Source of the DNA: Eledone cirrhosa
Taxonomy: Eukaryota
Direction of reading: 5' to 3'
Assembly: GCA_964016885.1 (NCBI GenBank)
Contig: OZ024741.1
Location: 16,864,001 to 16,928,000, forward strand
Length of the DNA stretch: 64,000 nucleotides
The notes beneath the pieces were generated by a model. That model was not told where the DNA came from, made no database searches, and saw only the letters and a program-made list of their open reading frames with translations. The translations under genes and the position numbers were made by a program. Below are positions 27,973 through 42,700 of this stretch, piece by piece (the first letter of the stretch is position 1; the number at the start of each line of letters is the position of its first letter).

Positions 27973-28331
27973 TTTTTTTTTTCAGTGAGATAAATAGGTT
28001 TATTTATAATAGTTTATAACTTTGATATCAATCCGTACGGTGAGCAAATGGGGTCCCATGTGCTGGCCTCCCCACAGCTTCGACGGACAGGATGGAGAAG
28101 ACGTTTCCCCGGAGGATGGTAAGGGAGATGCGCTGGAAAAGCCATTCCAACTCGCGAGGCTCACACCTGCGGCTGGCCAGCTCAGCGCCTATGGTGGTAA
28201 GTAGGGAGGTAGCCCTAGGGCCAAGGACACCAGAAGTCTCCACTGCCAAGGGCACGACCGCGAACCTGTTGGAGAGCGACCGGTACTTGGAGAGCTTGGC
28301 CTCCTCAGCCCGACGTGCAGCAGTACCTGGC
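27973..28331 (-). mobile_element. 5'-truncated non-LTR element with restriction-like endonuclease C-terminus (CRE-like)
   Basis: Translates ...AARRAEEAKLSKYR...VVPLAVETSGVLGPRA...LFQRISLTILRGN, followed by AATAAA and an A tail. GC-rich compared with the flanks. Confidence 0.7.
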
Positions 28332-28670
28332 TTTACGTTTAAACTACAATAAATAACTGCATTTAAAACACTGCATTGACTTTCATCAGCCTGTAATAAT
28401 ATAACAGAAAATATCTTTAAAAAAACAAGCTTTTATATTAAGATATTGACAGTTTCTTTACAGGTGGACAGGTGACAGTATTGAAGTAGAAGGTTTAACT
28501 TTTAACATGAAGTCATACTGCTGTTTTGTATTTTAAAGAATGACTTACTAATGTGGTTTCATGTGGTACAGGATTTAAAAATAATAAAAAATACATCAAA
28601 CTAGCACACACACACACACACAAAAACAGAACAAAACCATAAAACTTCCACATGTGAAAATGTTTCTCAC

Positions 28671-28969
28671 CTGCTTTCCTTAATTAAGGCTATGTTGGTG
28701 TTTGTACAGGTGAATGATGTGATATATCCTTGTGAACAGTTGTACGATGACTTATCCGGTCTACACACATCAAAGAAGTGAGGCCGTAATCTCCCCAATG
28801 AGTATTTGGCAACATCAGTCAATAAGTATGTACTCATAGCACCAAAAATGTATACTCCGATTTTGCTGTATAATCTTCCGATCAGGGTTGGTACAGTCTT
28901 TTTGTGTTTACCAATCAAACAAATATAATGTTTGTTGTTTTTATGAGCAACACTTTCTCCAATAATCAT
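28671..28969 (-). CDS. PLPP: Phospholipid phosphatase exon with catalytic motif C1
   Basis: Boundaries atattttcag| ... AG|gtgaga; 299 bp; ...TDVAKYSLGRLRPHFFDVCRP...C...GYI..FTC...KESR contains KxxxxxxRP. Confidence 0.96.
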
Positions 28970-29014
28970 CTGAAAATATGACGTGTGTACGTTTGAACAA
29001 TGTTTTTTTTAAAT

Positions 29015-29655
29015 TTAGGCACAAGGCTAACGATTTTAGAGAAGGGGTGGGGCTGGGCGTGGCGATTAAATCGATCCTTGTACTTAGGTAGTACTTTATT
29101 TTATTGATTCCCCAAAGAATGAAAAGTTAAGTTAATTTAGTGGCATTTGAACTAAGAACGTAAATAAGATCGAAGAAACATCACAAAGTACTTTGTCCAA
29201 CATTTTAACGAGTTTGACCATCTATCACATTTAAAAATGGTTTCAGATTTAGGCACAAGGCCAGCAATTTTGGATGAGGGGTAAGTCGATTAAATCGACC
29301 CCAGCTCGTGACTGGTATTTATTTTATCAACCCCGTAAGGATGAAAGGTAAAGTTAACCTCGACGGGATTTGAACTCAGAAGGTAAAGGGCCGTAACTAT
29401 ATGTTACAAAGCAGGGTGTCCGACACTCTACCGATACTGCAAATCTACCGCCCTAACAACAACAACAATAATAATAATTGTTTCTACTTTTGGCACAAGG
29501 CCAGCAATTATCCCAGTGTATTACTGGTACTTTATTTTATGGACCCCGTAACGATGAAAGGCAAAGTTAACCTCGGCGGGATTTGAACTCAGAATGGCAA
29601 GGGCCGTAACTCTATGCGTCAAAGCATGGCGTCCGACCCTCTACCGATACTGCCA
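29015..29655 (-). mobile_element. Three tandem SINE copies
   Basis: Copies at ~29015-29230, 29238-29453 and 29478-29655, same orientation, each with ggcacaaggc and the ttttat...ccc core. Confidence 0.8.
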
Positions 29656-29936
29656 AATAATAACGATTGTCATCCATAGTGTAATGAATTACATATTTTA
29701 CACATTTTAGAAAAAATATAAACTGGGGCCAATATATATGATCCCTAAATATGATCACTATATATGATCGATATAATTCCTTTAAGGAGTTGTCCCAACA
29801 TGGCCGCAGTTTAATGATGGGAACCATTAAAGAATGAAAATAAGAAAAAAGTAAGTAAAGGCAGTGCCCCAGCATGGCCGGAATCTAACACCTGAAAGCA
29901 GTAGAAGAATAAGAGTAATAAAGATGTAATACTCAC

Positions 29937-30088
29937 TGCAATGATATTGAGTCCTGTACCAACAACAACCAACACACTGATTGATATTGTACTGTCATGG
30001 AATGGATACATTATTGCCTGGTCATCACAGTAGAAACCACGTTGGAAGGGTTTACCAACAACTTCTAGGATGATACATGGTAAGGCAA
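29937..30088 (-). CDS. PLPP: Phospholipid phosphatase exon (second coding exon by homology)
   Basis: Boundaries tttaccag| ... |gtgagt; 152 bp, starts in phase 1; translates xALPCIILEVVGKPFQRGFYCDDQAIMYPFHDSTISISVLVVVGTGLNIIA, containing the LPP 'RGF.C.D..I.YP' motif. Confidence 0.94.
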
Positions 30089-30099
30089 CTGGTAAATAT

Positions 30100-30430
30100 A
30101 GAGAGAGAGAGAGAGAGAGTTAGAGAGATTGAGAGAGAGAGAGAGAGGGAGGGAGGTGAGAGAGAGAGAGAGAGTGTGAGAGAGATAGAGAGACTGAAAG
30201 TGAGAGAGAGTGAGGTGAGGGAGAGAGAGAGTGAGATAGATAGATAGATAGAGAGACTGAGAGAGAGAGGGCGGTCAGAGACAGAGAGAGAGAGACGGAG
30301 ATAGTTAGAGAGACTGAGAGACAGAGGGAGGTGAGAGAGAGAGAGAGAGACTGAGAGTAAGAGAGGTAGGTGAGGGACAGAGAGGGAGAGAGAGAGAGAG
30401 GGGGGAATAGATTGGGAGAGACGGGTTAGA
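30100..30430. repeat. Degenerate (GA)n tract forming the polypyrimidine tract of the PLPP exon
   Basis: GA-rich on the plus strand, so CT-rich on the gene strand, directly upstream of the acceptor. Confidence 0.9.
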
Positions 30431-30604
30431 GAAAAGTTGAGTACATTAATTGAGATTATATCAGTTAAATGTGTAGAGCAAACGTTAAAACTAAGCACAC
30501 ACACACACAGGCACACACACACACACACACACACAGGCATACACACATATACACACACACATCCTGGTTTGTATTAACCTATCGCCGTGGCCTTACAGCT
30601 ATAT

Positions 30605-30623
30605 CTGGCGCCCTCTGGCGCTA
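30605..30623 (-). promoter_or_regulatory. CTCF-like motif
   Basis: The minus strand reads tagcGCCAGAGGGCGCCag, close to the CTCF core CCRSYAGRKGGCRS. Confidence 0.4.
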
Positions 30624-30815
30624 TAATCTTTCACCACACTACCACAAATATACATTAAGGGACCATGTGGGACGAGACCCTTGCGGGGTCCCAGCCATAC
30701 ACACAGCTAACCCCTTCCTCAAGATACAACACCAGTGGTGGTTCCAATGATAGACGATATTTCAGTCACACGAGAATCGGAACCAAGAAACTCCGAGTAA
30801 CGCCCACGCAAACTA

Positions 30816-33709
<2,894 letters not shown>

Positions 33710-33715
<6 letters not shown>

Positions 33716-36700
33716 CAAAGTCCTTCCAAATTACCGGTCCATCCTTACTCCCAGTCCTTCCTAATTACCTGTCTATCCTTACTCCCAGTCCTTCCTAATT
33801 ACCTGTCCATCCTTACTCCCAGTCCTTCCTAATTACCTGTCCATCCTTAATCCCAGTCCTTCCTAATTACCTGTCTATCCTTACGCCCAGTCCTTCCTAA
33901 TTAGATGTCCATCCTTACTCCCAGTCCTTCCTAATTACCTGTCTATCCTTACTCCCAGTCCTTCCTAATTACCTGTCCATCCTTACTCCCAGTCCTTCCT
34001 AATTACCTGTCTATCCTTACTCCCAGTCCTTCCTAATTACCTGTCCACCCTTACTCCCAGTCCTTCCTAATTACCTGTCCATCCTTAATCCCAGTCCTTC
34101 CTAATTACCTGTCCATCCTTACTCCCAGTCCTTCCTAATTACCTGTTCATCCTTAATCCCAGTCCTTCCTAATTACCTGTCTATCCTTACTCCCAGTCCT
34201 TCCTAATTACCTGTCTATCCTTACTCCCAGTCCTTCCTAATTACCTGTCTATCCTTACTCCCAGTTCTTCCTAATTACCTGTCCTTCCTAATTACCTGTC
34301 CATCCTTACTCCCAGTCCTTCCTAATTACTTGTCCATCCTTACTCCCAGTCCTTCCTAATTACCTGTCCATCCTTACTCCCAGTCCTTCCTAATTACCTG
34401 TTCATCCTTACTCCCAGGCCTTCCTAATTACCTGTCTATCCTTACTCCCAGTCCTTCCTAATTACCTATCTATCCTTACTCCCAGTCCTTCCTAATTACC
34501 TGTCTATCCTTACTCTCAGTTCTTCCTAATTACCTGTCCATGCTTACTCCCAGTCCTTCCTAATTACCTGTTCATCCTTAATCCCAGTCCTTCCTAATTA
34601 CCTGTCTATCCTTACTCCCAGTCCTTCCTAAATACCTGTCCATCCTTACTCCCAGTCCTTCCTAATTACCTGTCTATCCTTACTCCCAGTCCTTCCTAAT
34701 TACCTGTCTATCCTTACTCCCAGTCCTTCTTAATTACCTTCCATCCTTACTCCCAGTCCTTCCTAATTACCTGTCCATCCTTACTCCCAGTCCTTCCTAA
34801 TTACCTGTCCATCCTTACTCCCAGTCCTTCTTAATTAACTGTCTATCCTTACTCCTAGTCCTTCCTAATTACCTGTCTATCCTTACTCCCAGTCCTACCT
34901 AATTACCTGTCCATCCTTACTCCCAGTCCTTCCTAATTACCTGTCTATCCTTACTCCCAGTCCTTCCTAATTACCTGTCTATCCTTACTCCCAGTTCTTC
35001 CTAATTACCTGTCCATCATTACTCCCAGTCCTTCCTAATTACCTGTTTATCCTTACTCCCAGTCCTTCCTAATTACCTGTCTATCCTTACTCCCAGTCCT
35101 TCCTAATTACCAGTCTATCCTTACTCCCAGTTCTTCCTAATTACCTGTCCTTCCTAATTACCTTCCATCCTTACTCCCAGTCCTTCCTAATTACCTGTCC
35201 ATCCTTAATCCCAGTCCTTCCTAATTACCTGTCAATCCTTACTTCCAGTCCTTTCTAATTACCTATCCTTCCTAATTACCTGCCCATCCTTACTCCCAGT
35301 CCTTCCTAATTACCTGTCCATCCTTAATCCCAGTCCTTCCTAATTACCTGTCTATCCTTACTCCCAGTCCTTCCCAATTACCTGTCTATCCTTACACCCA
35401 GTCCTTCCTAATTACCTGTCCATCCTTACTCCAAGTCCTTCCTAATTACCTGTCTATCCTTACTCCCAGTCCTTCCTAATTACCTGTCTATCCTTACTCC
35501 CAGTTCTTCTTAATTACCTTCCATCCTTACTCCCAGTCCTTCCTAATTACCTGTCCATCCTTACTCCCAGTCCTTCCTAATTACCTGTCCATCCTTACTC
35601 CCAGTCCTTTTTAATTACCTGTCTATCCTTACTCCTAGTCCTTCCTAATTACCTGTCTATCCTTACTCCCAGTCCTTCCTAATTACCTGTCTATCCTTAC
35701 TCCCAGTCCTTCCTAATTACCTGTCTATCCTTACTCCCAGTTCTTCCTAATTACCTGTCAATCATTACTCCCAGTCCTTCCTAATTACCTGTCTATCCTT
35801 ACTCACAGTCCTTCCTAAATACCTGTCTATCCTTACTCCCAGTCCTTCCTAATTACCTGTCTATCCTTACTCTCAGTCCTTCCTAATTACCTGTCAATCC
35901 TTACTCCCAGTCCATCCTAATTACCTGTCCTTCCTAATTACCTGTCCATCCTTATTCCAAGTCCTTCCTAATTACCTGTCCATCCTTACTCCCAGTCCTA
36001 CCTAATTACCTGTCCATCCTTACTCCCAGTCCTTCCTAATTACCTGTCCATCCTTACTCCCAGTCCTTCCTAATTACCTGTCCATCCTTACTCCCAGTCC
36101 TTCCTAATTACCTGTCCTTCCTAATTACCTTCCATCCTTACTCCCAGTCCTTCCTAATTACCTGTCCATCCTTACTCCCAGTCCTTCCTAATTACCTGTC
36201 CATCCTTAATCGCAGTCCTTCCTAATTACCTGTCCATCCTTACTCACAGTCCTTCCTAATTACCTGTCCATCCTTACTCCCAGTCCTTCCTAATTACCTG
36301 TCCATCCAAATTACCTGTCCATCCTTACTCCCAGTCCTTCCTAATTACCTGTTCATCCTTACTCCCAGTCCTTCCTAATTACCTATCCTTCCTAATTACC
36401 TGTCCATCCTTACTCCCAGTCCTTCCTAATTACCTGTCTATCCTTACTCCCAGTCCTTCCTAATTACCTGTCCATCCTTACTCCCAGTCCTTCCTAATTA
36501 CCTGTCCATCCTTACTCCCAGTCCTTCCTAATTACCTGCCTATCCTTACTCCCAGTCCTTCCTAATTACCTGTCTATCCTTAATCCCAGTCCGTCCTAAT
36601 TACCTGTCCATCCCTACTCCCAACCCGTCCTAATTACCTGTTAATCGTTACTCCCAGTCCTTTCTAGTTACCTGTCCATCCTTACTCCCTGTCCTTCCTA

Positions 36701-39700
36701 ATTACATGTCTATTCTTACTCCCAGTCCTTCCTAATTACCTGTCCATCCTTACTCCCAGTCCTTCCTAATTACCTGTATATCCTTACTCACAGTCCTTCC
36801 TAATTACCTGTCTATCTTTACTCCCAGTCCTTCCTAGTTACCTGTCCAACCTTACTCCCAGTCCTTCCTAATTACCTGTCTATCCTTACTCCCAGTCCTT
36901 CCTAATTACCTGTCAATCCTTACACCCAGTCCTTCCTAATTACCTGTCTATTCTTACTCCCAGTCCTTCCTAATTACCTGTCCATCCATACTCCCAGTCC
37001 TTCTTAATTACCTGTCTATCCTTACTCCCAGTCCTTCCTAATTACCTGTCAATCCTTACTCCCAGTCCTTCCTAATTACCTGTCTATTCTTACTCCCAGT
37101 CCTTCCTAATTACCTGTCCATCCTTACTCCCAGTCCTTCCTAATTACCTGTCTATCCTTACTCCCAGTCCTTCCTAATTACCTGTCTATTCTTACTCCCA
37201 GTCCTTCCTAATTACCTGTCTATTCTTACTCCCAGTCCTTCCTAATTACATGTCTATCCTTACTCCCAGTCCTTCCTAATTACATGTTAATCCTTACTCC
37301 CAGTCCTTCCTAATTACCTGTCCATTCTTACTCCCAGTCCTTCCTAATAACCTGTCCATCCTTACTCCCAGGCCTTCCTAATTACCTGTCTATCCTTACT
37401 CCCAGTCCTTCCTAATTACCTGTCTATTCTTACTCCCAGTCCTTCCTAATTACCTGTCTATTCTTACTCCCAGTCCTTCCTAATTACCTGTCTATTCTTA
37501 CTCCCAGTCCTTCCTAATTACCTGTCAATCCTTACTCCCAGTCCTTCCTAATTACCTGTCTATTCTTACTCCCAGTCCTTCCTAATTACCTGTCCATCCT
37601 TACTCCCAGTCCTTCCTAATTACCTGTCTATCCTTACTCCCAGTCCTTCCTAATTACCTGTCAATCCTTACTCCCAGTCCTTCCTAATTACCTGTCTATT
37701 CTTACTCCCACTCCTTCCTAATTACCTGTCCATCCTTACCCCAGTCCTTCCTAATTACCTGTCTATCCTTACTCCCAGTCCTTCCTAATTACCTGTCTAT
37801 CCTTACTCACAGTCCTTCCTAATTACCTGTCTATCTTTACTCCCAGTCCTTCCTAATTACCTGTCTATCCTTACTCCCAGTCCTACCTAATTACCTGTCC
37901 ATCCTTACTTCCAGTCCTTCCTAATTACCTCTCTATCTTTACTCCCAGTCCTTCCTAATTACCTGTCTATCCTTACTCCCAGTCCTTCCTAATTACCTAT
38001 CCATCCTTACTCCCAATCCTTCCTAATTTCCTGTCTATCCTTACTCCCAGTCCTTCCTAATTAACTGTCTATCCTTACTCCCAGTCCGTCCTAATTACCT
38101 GTCAATCCTTACTAGCTGTACTTCCTAATTACCTGTCTATCCTTACTCCCAGTCCTTCCTAATTACCTGTCCATCCTTACTCCCAGTCCTTCGCAATTAG
38201 CTGTCCATCCTTACTCCCAGGCCTTCCTAATTACCTGTCTATCCTTACTCCCAGTCCTTCCTAATTACCTGTCCATCCTTACTCCCAGTCCTTCCTAATT
38301 AGCTGTCAATCTTTACTCCCAGTCCTTCCTAATTACCTGTCCATCCTTACTCCCAGTCCTTCCTAATTACCTGTCCATCCGTACTCTCAGTCCTTCCTAA
38401 TTACCTGTCTATCCTTACACCCAGTCCTTCCTAATTACCTGTCTATCCTTAGTCCCAGTCCTTCCTAATTACCTGTCTATCCTTACTCCCAGTCCTTCCT
38501 AATTACCTGTCCATCGTTACTCCCAGTCCTTCCTAATTACCTGTCTATCCTTACTCCCAGTCCTTCTTAATTACCTGTCTATCCATACTCCCAGTCCTTC
38601 CTAATTACCTGTCCATCCTTACTAACAGTCCTTCCTAGTTACCTGTCCATCCTTACGACCAGACCTTCCTAGTTACCTGTCCAACCTTACCCTCAGTCCT
38701 TCCTAATTACCTATCTAGTCTTACTCCCAGTCTTTCCTAATTACCAGTCCATCCTAACTCCCAGTCCTTCCTAATTACCTGTCTATCCTTACTCCCAGTC
38801 CTTCCAAATTATCTGTCCTTCCTAATTACCTGTCCATCCTTATTCCCAGTCCTTCCTAATTACCTGTCCTTCCTAATTACCTGTCCATCCTTACTCCCAG
38901 TCCTTCCTAATTACCTGTCTATCCTTACTCCCATTCCTCCCTAATTACCTGTCAATCCTTACTCCCAGTCCTTCCTAATTACCTGTCCATCCTTACTAAC
39001 AGTCCTTCCTAATTACCTGCCTATCCTTACTCCTAGTCCTTCCTAATTAACTGTCAATCCTTACTCCCGGTCCTTCCTAATTACCTGTCAATCCTTACCC
39101 CCAGTCCTTCCTAATTACCTGTCTATCCTTACTCCCAGTCCTTCCTAGTTACCTGTCCATCCTTCTCCCAGTCCTTCCTAATTACCTGTCTATCCTTACT
39201 CCCAGTCCTTCCTAATTACCTGTCTATCCTTACTCCCAGTTCTTACTAATTACCTGTCCATCATTACTCCCAGTCCTTCCTAATTACCTGTCTATCCTTA
39301 CTCCCAGTCGTTCCTCAATACCTGTCTATCCTTACTCCCAGTCCTTCCTAATTACCTGTCCATCCTTACTCCCAGTCCTTCCTAATTACCTGTCCATCCT
39401 TATTCCCAGTCATTCCTAATTACCTGTCCATCCTTACTCCCAGTCGTACCTAATTACCTGTCCATCCTTACTCCCAGTCCTTCCTAATTACCTGTCCATC
39501 CTTACTCCCAGTCCTTCCTAATTACCTGTCCTTCCTAATTACCTTCCATCCTTACACCCAGTCCTTCCTAATTACGTGTCTATCCTTACTCCCAGTCCTT
39601 GCTAATTACCTGTCCATCCTTACTCCCAGTCCTTCCTAATTACCTGTCCATCCTTAATCCCAGTCCTTCCTAATTACCTGTCCATCCTTACTCCCAGTCC

Positions 39701-42700
39701 TTCCTAATTACCTGTCCATCCTTACTCCCAGTCCTTCCTAATTACCTGTCCATCCTGACTCCCAGCCCTTCCTAATTACCTGACCTTCCTAATTACCTTC
39801 CATCCTTACTCCCAGTCCTTCCTAATTACCTGTCCATCCTTACTCCCAGTCCTTCCAAATTACCTGTCCATCCTTACTCACAGTCCTTCCTAATTACCTG
39901 TCCATCCTTAATCCCAGTCCTTCCTAAATACCTGTCTATCCTTACTCCCAGTCCTTCCTAATTACCTGTCTATCCTTACTCCCAGTCCTTCCTAATTACC
40001 TGTCCATCCTTACTCCCAGTCCTTCCTAATTACCTGTCTATCCTTACTCCCAGTCCTTCCCAATTACCTGTCCATCCTTACTCCCAGTCCTTCCTAATTA
40101 CCTGTCCATCCTTACTCCCAGTCCTTCCTAATTACCTGCCTATCCTTACTCCCAATCCTTCCTAATTATCTGTCTATCCTTACTCCCAGTCCGTCCTAAT
40201 TACCTGTCCATCCTTACTCCCAGTCCTTCCTAATTACCTGTCTATCCTTACTCCCAGTCCTTCCTAATTACCTGTCAATCCTTACTCCCAATCCTTCCTA
40301 ATTACCTGTCAATCCTTACTCCCAGTCCTTCCTAATTACCTGTCCATCCTTACTCCCAGTCCGTCCTAATTACCTGTCCATCCTTACGCTCAGTCCTTCC
40401 TAATTACCTGTCTATCCTTACTCCCAGTCCTTCCTAATTACCTGTCAATCCTTACTCCCAGTCATTTCTAATTACCTGTCCATCCTTACTAATAGTCCTT
40501 CCTAGTTACCTGTCCATCCTTACTCCCAGACCTTCCTATTTACCTGTCCAACCTTACTCCGAGTCCTTCCTAATTACCTGTCTACCCTTACTCCCAGTCC
40601 TTCCTAATTACCTGTCCATCCTTACTCCCAGTCCTTCCTAATTACCTGTCTATTCTTACTCCCAGTCCTTCCTAATTACCTGTCCATCCTTACTCCCAGT
40701 CCTTCCTAATTACCTGTCTATCCTTACTCCCAGTCCTTCCTAATTACCTGTTAATCCATACTTCCAGTCCTTCCTAATTACCTGTCCATCCTTACTAACA
40801 GTCCTTCCTAATTACGTGCCTATCCTTACACCCAGTCCTTCCTAATTACCTGTCATTCCTCACTCCCAGTCCTTCCTAATTACCTGTCAATCCGTACTCC
40901 CTGTCCTTCCTAATTACCTGTCCATCCTTACTCCCAGCCCTTCCTAATTACCTCTATATCCTTACTCACAGTCCTTCCTAATTACCTGTATATCTTTACT
41001 CCCAGTCCTTCTTAATTGCCTGTCTATCCTTACTCCCAGTCCTTCCTAATTACCTGTCCATCCTTACTCCCAGTCCTTCCTAATTACCTGTCTATCCTTA
41101 CTCCCAGTCCTTCCTAATTACCTGTCTATCTTTACTCCCAGTCCTTCCTAATTACCTGTCTATCCTTAATCCCAGTCCTTCCTAATTACCTATCCATCCT
41201 TACTCCCAATCCTTCCTAATTACCTGTCTATCCTTACTCCCAGTCCTTCCTAATTACCTGTCTATCCTTACTCCCAGTCCGCCCTAATTACCTGTCAATC
41301 CTTACTCCCTGTACTTCCTAATTACCTGTCTATCCTTACTCCCAGTCCTTCCTAATTACCTGTCCGTACTTACTCCCAGTCCTTCCTAATTACCTGTCCA
41401 TCCTTACTCCCAGTCCTTCGTAATTAGCTGTCCATGCTTACTCTCAGTCCTTTCTAATTATCTGTCTATCCTTACTCCCAGTCCTTCCTAATTACCTGTC
41501 CATCCTTACTGACAGTCCTTCCTAATTAGCTGTCAATCTTTACTCCCAGTCCTTCCTAATTACCTGTCCATCCTTACTCCCAGTCCGTCCTAATTACCTG
41601 TCCATCCTTAATCTCAGCCCTTCCTAATTACCTGTCTATCCTTACTCCCAGTCATTCCTAATTACTTGTCTATCCTTACACCCAGTGCTTCCTAATTACC
41701 TGTCTATCCTTACTCCCAGTCCTTCCTAATTATCTGTCTATCCTTACTCCCAGTCCTTCCTAATTACCTGTCCATCATTACTCCCAGTCCTTCCTAATTA
41801 CCTGTCTATCCTTACTCCCAGTCCTTCCTAATTACCTGTCTATCCTTACTCCCAGTCCTTCCTAATTACCTGTCTATCCTTACTCCCAGTCCTTCCTAAT
41901 TACCTGTCAATCCTTACTCCCAGTCCTTCCTAATTACCTGTCCATCCTTACTCCCAGTCCTTCCTAATTACCTGTCTATCCTTACCCCAGTCCTTCCTAA
42001 TTACCTGTCAATCCTTACTCCCTGTCCTTCCTAATTACCTGTCCATCCTTACCCCCAGCCCTTCCTAATTACCTGTATATCCTTACTCACAGTCCTTCCT
42101 AATTACCTGTCTATCTTTACTCCCAGTCCTTCCTAATTGTCTGTCTATCCTTACTCCCAGTCCTTCCTAATTACCTGTCCATCGTTACTCCCAGTCCTTC
42201 CTAATTACCTGTCTATCCTTACTCCCAGTCCTTCCTAATTACCTGTCTATCTTTACTCCCACTCCTTCCTAATTACCTGTCTATCCTTAATCCCAGTCCT
42301 TCCTAATTACCTATACATCCTTACTCCCAATCCTTCCTAATTACCTGTCTATCCTTACTCACAGTCCTTCCTAATTACCTGTCTATCCTTACTCCCAGTC
42401 CGTCCTAATTACCTGTCAATCCTTACTCCCTGTACTTCCTAATTACCTGTCTATCCTTACTCCCAGTCCTTCCTAATTACCTGTCCGTCCTTACTCCCAG
42501 TCCTTCCTAATTACCTCTCCATCCTTACTCCCAGTCCTTCGTAATTAGCTGTCCATCCTTACTCTCAGTCCTTCCTAATTATCTGTCTATCCTTACTCCC
42601 AGTTCTTCCTAATTACCTGTCCATCCTTACGGACAGTCCTTCCTAATTAGCTGTCAATCTTTACTCCCAGTCCTTCCTAATTACCTGTCCATCCTTACTC

